This document shows positions 16,153-20,546 of a stretch of 20,546 bases of DNA, piece by piece (the first letter of the stretch is position 1; the number at the start of each line of letters is the position of its first letter). Origin of the DNA: a virus. The translations under genes were made by a program, and so were the position numbers. The notes under the pieces are model-generated. The model saw only the letters and a list, made by a program, of their open reading frames with translations, did not search any database and was not told where the DNA came from. The stretch lies in the IMG/VR virus record IMGVR_UViG_3300010274_000014. The stretch is one strand, 5' to 3'.

Positions 16153-16401
16153 ATGGTAGAATGTGGTACAGTGACCCATGAGCAGTGTGAGAAGTACAGA
16201 GAAAAGCTTAGGGGCGAGGTACAAGGTTGCATATTTCAGGAAAGGGAAGACAGGAAAGAAGACCAGGATAGACTTGAAAAAGGAATGGAGAGGCTTGAGA
16301 ACAGAATGGAACGGATGAATTCAAAACTTTCAGCTGTTGTTCTCGAGCTTTTAGTAGGGCTGATTCTTGGAGTCATTGCTTTCCTTCTAGGGAGGACTTG
16401 A
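16153..16401 (+). CDS. Small coiled-coil protein with a C-terminal TM helix
   Basis: ATG 16153; heptads RLEKGMERLENRMERMNSKL followed by hydrophobic AVVLELLVGLILGVIAFLLG. Confidence 0.65.
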   Translation: MVECGTVTHEQCEKYREKLRGEVQGCIFQEREDRKEDQDRLEKGMERLENRMERMNSKLSAVVLELLVGLILGVIAFLLGRT

Positions 16402-16832
16402 TGGCTGAAATGTTCCGGGTCAAGGTAAAGGGCATCAAGGATTTACAAGCGAAGTTTCGGCAAATCGATGCAGAAATGCAGGCCGTACTCCCTCAGGCCA
16501 CCTCAGCTGGAGCAGCAGTCGTTGTCAGGGAAGCTAAGATCAATGTAGGCAAGGGTCACCCAGATTTTCCTGAAGTAATCACAGGTGCTACGAGGCGTAA
16601 CATCAGAGAAGTCAGAAAAGAAAACTCTCCTGACAGATGTGTTTCTCAGGTGGGTGGTACTCTGAGTCATATGATGAGGCTCGAAAAGGGTTTCATGGGT
16701 ACAGATAGACTTGGCCGTAGATTCCACCAGCAGCCAAGACCCTTCCTTAGACCTGCCCTTGACGAGAATGAAGAGGAGATCCAGAAAGCCTTCGAAGAGA
16801 GCATCAAGCGAGTCCTGAGGAAACGCAAATGA
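16401..16832 (+). CDS. HK97 gp10-like neck/tail-completion protein
   Basis: VKVKGIKDL.., LEKG.., QPRPFLRPALDEN motifs; GGAGG precedes ATG 16401. Confidence 0.82.
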   Translation: MAEMFRVKVKGIKDLQAKFRQIDAEMQAVLPQATSAGAAVVVREAKINVGKGHPDFPEVITGATRRNIREVRKENSPDRCVSQVGGTLSHMMRLEKGFMGTDRLGRRFHQQPRPFLRPALDENEEEIQKAFEESIKRVLRKRK

Positions 16833-17203
16833 CGATCATAGATGAAGCGATCCGGACCATTCTGACAAGCAATACAGCTGTCAAGAGTTTTGTAGGCACT
16901 CGGATCCACCCTTTCAAGCTCCCTCTTGGATGCACTCTTCCTGCCTTGTCAATTCACAAACCCTCGAATCCTTACCGCCAGATTTCAGGATCCCCAAGAT
17001 TTCAGATTTCCTGCTGGGCAGAAGATTACCTGCAGGTTCAGCAACTCTCTCAGGTCGTTGAGGCTGCCCTTGAAGGATTCTCCGGGATTGTTTCAGGCAT
17101 TGAAATTATCCGAATTATCCCTATCGAAGCTCCGGACCAGTATGAGGACCTGCCCGGAGTGTATCATATTCCGTATGATTTCAAAGTAATATTCAGGAAG
17201 TGA
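16829..17203 (+). CDS. Tail terminator (SPP1 gp17/DUF3168-like)
   Basis: VGTRIHP..LP..RFQISCWA..V..AL pattern and canonical position. Confidence 0.75.
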   Translation: MTIIDEAIRTILTSNTAVKSFVGTRIHPFKLPLGCTLPALSIHKPSNPYRQISGSPRFQISCWAEDYLQVQQLSQVVEAALEGFSGIVSGIEIIRIIPIEAPDQYEDLPGVYHIPYDFKVIFRK

Positions 17204-17210
17204 AAAACAA

Positions 17211-18011
17211 ATGGTCAACTACCAGACAACTGTTCAGAAGCCGAATACGATCCGTTTCGGGTCTGCAAAGATCGAGGTAGGTGAGGATGTAGACAACCTC
17301 ACAAACATCGGAGTTGCAACCGGCATAGAATTCACAGAAGAATTTGAGGCTGCAGTATTCAAGCCGAGTAACGCTCCAGAGATTCAGGGGCCTGTGATAA
17401 ACCACACCGCGACTGTGAAGGTTGAGATGTGGGAAGTGGATCTTGAGAACCTTGCCCTTATCAGAGGTGGAATGGATCTTGTAGATACTGTGGCTGGAGA
17501 TGCCGTCTCAGTTGAAAATGAAGCCCACACTCTAACAGGAACCGGACTTGTCAGGCTGAACCACAAAATGGGTGACGGCTCAGAAGTTGAGTCTATCGTT
17601 GTCACGGATGCTTCTGGGAATGCAGCTGTCCGGAATACAGATTACGTAGTCGCCGTGGATGCATCCGGGTTTACCTGTATCGGCAGGGTAGCAGCTTCTA
17701 CAGTGATTACATCCGGAGAAGGTATTCTCGTTGACTATTCTTACACACCAAATGCTTCAGTGAAACTCTCAAGCGGTGGTCTCAACACCATTAACCCGCG
17801 TGTGGTCCGGCTGACGAATACCAACGCAGCCGGGAAGGAGTTCAGGATCACTGTCTATGCAGCAAAGAACCAGGGAGGTCTGGAGCTATCTCTGCCTGAC
17901 GATGACGGAGACGAACCAATGAAACCGCCAATCGAACTCAGAGGTATTATCGATCCAACCAGGACTGCTGGCGATCAGTTGTTCGAGATCTACGATGAAC
18001 AGGGGGTCTAA
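17211..18011 (+). CDS. Major tail (tube) protein
   Basis: 266 aa, beta-rich, between the terminator and chaperone genes. Confidence 0.78.
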   Translation: MVNYQTTVQKPNTIRFGSAKIEVGEDVDNLTNIGVATGIEFTEEFEAAVFKPSNAPEIQGPVINHTATVKVEMWEVDLENLALIRGGMDLVDTVAGDAVSVENEAHTLTGTGLVRLNHKMGDGSEVESIVVTDASGNAAVRNTDYVVAVDASGFTCIGRVAASTVITSGEGILVDYSYTPNASVKLSSGGLNTINPRVVRLTNTNAAGKEFRITVYAAKNQGGLELSLPDDDGDEPMKPPIELRGIIDPTRTAGDQLFEIYDEQGV

Positions 18012-18013
18012 TC

Positions 18014-18397
18014 CTGACTGACCTCCTTGACCATTTTGAAATTCTCGAACCCCCGAAAAGGACAGCTGACCTGAGAGGTGAGCAGGTTGATCTTTCCTTT
18101 ATTCCGGCAAGGACAACCCTCAAATTCATTGATTTCTCGAAAAAATATGATGTGAAGAAGCTGGAGAACGTCACTGAGGAAAATCTTGACATGTCAGTCC
18201 TTGAGGACATGCTTGAAATCGTAGCTATGATTTGCCAACACTCAAATAAAAAAATCACAAAGGATTGGCTTCTTGACAATATCCCGGCTAACAAACTGTT
18301 AGGTTTTGTCAAGTTCGTTTTCTCCGGAATGACTCAGCTGAAAGATGAGGGAGAAGCTGGAGGCGAAGACGGAAAAAACTCACCATCTGGGACATAA
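18014..18397 (+). CDS. Tail assembly chaperone G (probable CTG start at 18014)
   Basis: The frame is open well upstream of the track's GTG 18152. CTG-TDLLDHFEILEPPKRTADLRGEQVDLSFIP lies a few bases after AGGGGGT and the tail tube stop. Confidence 0.7.
   Translation: MTDLLDHFEILEPPKRTADLRGEQVDLSFIPARTTLKFIDFSKKYDVKKLENVTEENLDMSVLEDMLEIVAMICQHSNKKITKDWLLDNIPANKLLGFVKFVFSGMTQLKDEGEAGGEDGKNSPSGT
18373..18379 (+). other. -1 ribosomal frameshift slippery heptamer A_AAA_AAC
   Basis: In-frame X_XXY_YYZ near the end of G. The -1 frame is open (KKLTIWDIISQLGEMYAW..) into ORF 18415-18666. Confidence 0.82.
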
Positions 18398-18666
18398 TCT
18401 CCCAACTCGGAGAGATGTATGCCTGGGCGACAAAGGACTACCTGCTTGATGAAATGACCCTTGACCAGATCATAATGTATTATCGGAAAGGATGGGAAGC
18501 TCGAAAGTTGTCAGCTCAGGTATTCTGGGGAGTCCTCGGAGAAATCATGCAGGGCAAAGATCCTGCTGAAGCCGTGAAATCCAGTGGTGTTTCAGGACTG
18601 GAGAAATTCAAAGAGGCACATCCAGAAGGCCAAAGCGAGAACGGAGCTTGGAAAGTTTCTAGGTAA
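18379..18666 (+). CDS. Tail assembly chaperone GT, C-terminal part (expressed by -1 frameshift)
   Basis: The -1 frame from 18379 is continuous with MYAWATKDYLLDEMTLDQIIMYY and lies directly before the tape measure gene. Confidence 0.75.
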   Translation, partial: LTIWDIISQLGEMYAWATKDYLLDEMTLDQIIMYYRKGWEARKLSAQVFWGVLGEIMQGKDPAEAVKSSGVSGLEKFKEAHPEGQSENGAWKVSR

Positions 18667-18731
18667 TCAAAAACTGTTCCGACTAAAACACGGTCAAAAA
18701 ACGAGTAACTTTATAATAAAACGGTGGAAAA

Positions 18732-20546
18732 ATGAGTGCTGGTGAACTGGTTGTTTCCATTATCGGAGATATGAAAGAACTGTCCCGTGTCTTCTCTCAA
18801 GTTCAGACTGAAGTTGGGAAAGTGGGAAAACAGTTCGAGACGATGGGGAAATCACTCAGTTCAGCCGGAACCAGTATGGCAGCCGGGATAACTGTTCCGA
18901 TCCTTGCTATTGCCGGTACTGGTGCTCTTCTGGTTAATTGGGCTAACGATGTTGGAAAATCTCAGGGACAGGTAAAGGCTTCCCTCGGCCTTACAGCAGA
19001 AGAAGCAAACAAGCTTACAGACGCAGCAATGAACGTCTGGAAAAACGGCTTCGGAGACTCAATAGACGCGGTTAATCAGGTTATTGTTTCAGTCCGGCAA
19101 AACATGGGTGACCTCGCCGGTCAAGAACTTGAATCAGTCGCTTCTGGAGCAATCACAATATCTGAACTTTTCGGGGATGATGTCAACGAAGTAACAGCAG
19201 CTGCAGGCGTCCTAATGCGGAACTTCGGGATAGATGGACAGCACGCCCTGGACATCATCACAACAGGCTATCAGCAAGGCGGGGATTTTTCAAAAGAACT
19301 CCTGGATACCCTCCGGGAATATGCTCCGCAGTTTCAGGCCATGGGTGTTTCTGCAGACGAGTTTCTAGCTATTCTGATTTCGGGTGCAGAGGCGGGAGCC
19401 TGGAACCTTGATAAAGTAGCTGACGCAGTCAAAGAGTTCAATATTCGTGCCCAGGACGGTTCAGATCTTACAATAAGCGGGTTCGCAGCTATCGGTTTAA
19501 GCGCGGACGAGATGTCCCAGAAAATAGCAGCCGGTGGGGACTCTGCAAAAGAGGCTTTTATTGCTACTGTTGCCGGACTTATGGCTATCGAGGACCCTGT
19601 AAAACGTAATATAGCCGGGGTTGCCCTGTTCGGAACTCAATGGGAGGACGTAAAAGCTCAGGTAATTGATGCCACAGCCTCCGGGATACAAAACGTCCAG
19701 GACGTTGCAGGCGCGACGGATAAGGCTGCTAAAGACGTTGCCGATTCGAATCCAATGCTCGCGCTTACGGAAGCCGCACGGGATCTTCAGGCCGACCTGC
19801 TTCCAATTATACAAGGGCAGATAATTCCACTTATCACCCAGGATCTGCTTCCGATCCTGACAGGAACACTGATTCCTTTCATCGAGAATGTCGCACTCCC
19901 GGCTATATCTGCATTTGTAGAAGGATTTGCAGCGCTGCCTGAACCAGTCCAATTGGGAGCAATTGCGTTTACAGCATTCATTACCGCACTCGGTCCGATC
20001 CTCATGCTTGTGGGCGCGGTAGTATCCTCAATCGGAACTCTCGCTACTGCCGTGGGAACTGGCGGAGTGCTGGCCACAGCTTTTGCCTCTGCCAAACTCG
20101 CTATTACTGGATTCCTGACAACTCTCTCAGGCTTGGCTCTCCCTATTGCAGCTATCATTGCTGTGGTTGCTGCTCTTGCGCTTGCCTGGAAAAACAATTG
20201 GGGAGATATTCAGGGCAAAGCAAAAGCTGTATGGGACTGGCTACAGTCCGAAATGAATAAGCTTGTAAACAGGCTTGAATACTATTATCACGCCCTTGTT
20301 ATGGCGATTAGTGCAGCCGACCTTGAGGATAAATGGGATCGCATTAAAAACCGGCTCGAATACTACTATCATGCTCTTGTGATGGGTGCGAGTGGTCTGT
20401 ACAACGACCTGAAAAAGTATTGGGATGAACTGTCTACCGCACTCGAACCCGCAAAGGAAAGTCTCAGTTCAGCATGGGACAGTATAAAAACGATCTGGGA
20501 AACGTTCAAAACCTCGTTCCTTGACAGCATGAGTACCCTGTATGAG
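18732..20546 (+). CDS. Tape measure protein (3'-truncated; absent from the ORF track)
   Basis: MSAGELVVSIIGD..; ELLDTLREYAPQF..GAWNLDKVADAVKEFNIRAQDGS (PhageMin_Tail-type motif); Ala/Gly-rich hydrophobic segments; continues to the window end. Confidence 0.92.
   Translation, partial: MSAGELVVSIIGDMKELSRVFSQVQTEVGKVGKQFETMGKSLSSAGTSMAAGITVPILAIAGTGALLVNWANDVGKSQGQVKASLGLTAEEANKLTDAAMNVWKNGFGDSIDAVNQVIVSVRQNMGDLAGQELESVASGAITISELFGDDVNEVTAAAGVLMRNFGIDGQHALDIITTGYQQGGDFSKELLDTLREYAPQFQAMGVSADEFLAILISGAEAGAWNLDKVADAVKEFNIRAQDGSDLTISGFAAIGLSADEMSQKIAAGGDSAKEAFIATVAGLMAIEDPVKRNIAGVALFGTQWEDVKAQVIDATASGIQNVQDVAGATDKAAKDVADSNPMLALTEAARDLQADLLPIIQGQIIPLITQDLLPILTGTLIPFIENVALPAISAFVEGFAALPEPVQLGAIAFTAFITALGPILMLVGAVVSSIGTLATAVGTGGVLATAFASAKLAITGFLTTLSGLALPIAAIIAVVAALALAWKNNWGDIQGKAKAVWDWLQSEMNKLVNRLEYYYHALVMAISAADLEDKWDRIKNRLEYYYHALVMGASGLYNDLKKYWDELSTALEPAKESLSSAWDSIKTIWETFKTSFLDSMSTLYE

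Larger units (their letters stand above)
1..20546 (+). mobile_element. Head-tail (siphovirus-like) archaeal virus/provirus morphogenesis module, probably from a Methanosarcina-type host
   Basis: Colinear terminase, portal, MuF, protease/scaffold, capsid, neck, tail tube, G/GT chaperone and tape measure genes. No integrase or att site lies in the window, so integrated versus free state is unknown. Confidence 0.93.

Noticed and set aside
19497-20197. Minus-strand ORFs of 151 and 136 aa
   Set aside because: Antisense shadows of the tape measure gene.
1-20546. tRNA, rRNA, integrase, att site or IS element; contractile-tail genes
   Set aside because: None recognised. No sheath or baseplate gene appears between neck and tape measure, so the tail looks non-contractile.

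Overview
The whole window reads as the virion-morphogenesis region of a head-tail (siphovirus-like, HK97-fold) archaeal virus or provirus. The host is most likely Methanosarcina or a relative; this is inferred from disaggregatase-like beta-helix genes, in-frame amber codons and AT-rich TATA-type intergenic regions, not from a database search. The order on + is terminase large subunit (5'-truncated), small membrane protein, portal, secreted GH46 chitosanase-like enzyme, MuF minor head protein with a C-terminal HExxH metalloprotease, and five tandem ~57-70 aa Cys/His paralogues (three missed or mis-started by the ORF track). An accessory block follows: a minus-strand operon with two parallel beta-helix depolymerase-like domains, one reachable only through an in-frame TAG or a non-canonical start, then a secreted Zn-phospholipase C/P1-nuclease-like gene with a membrane-protein partner. 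The + morphogenesis genes then resume: protease/scaffold, decoration, encapsulin-like major capsid, neck genes, tail tube, G/GT chaperones with an A_AAA_AAC -1 frameshift site, and tape measure (3'-truncated). The strongest leads are (i) a MuF-metalloprotease polymorphic-toxin locus with a five-gene immunity-like array, (ii) apparent amber (pyrrolysine) read-through in viral genes, (iii) a three-enzyme toolkit plausibly aimed at the methanochondroitin matrix, and (iv) an exact 15-bp dyad, GTTAACAGCGTTAAC, at the head of three operons.
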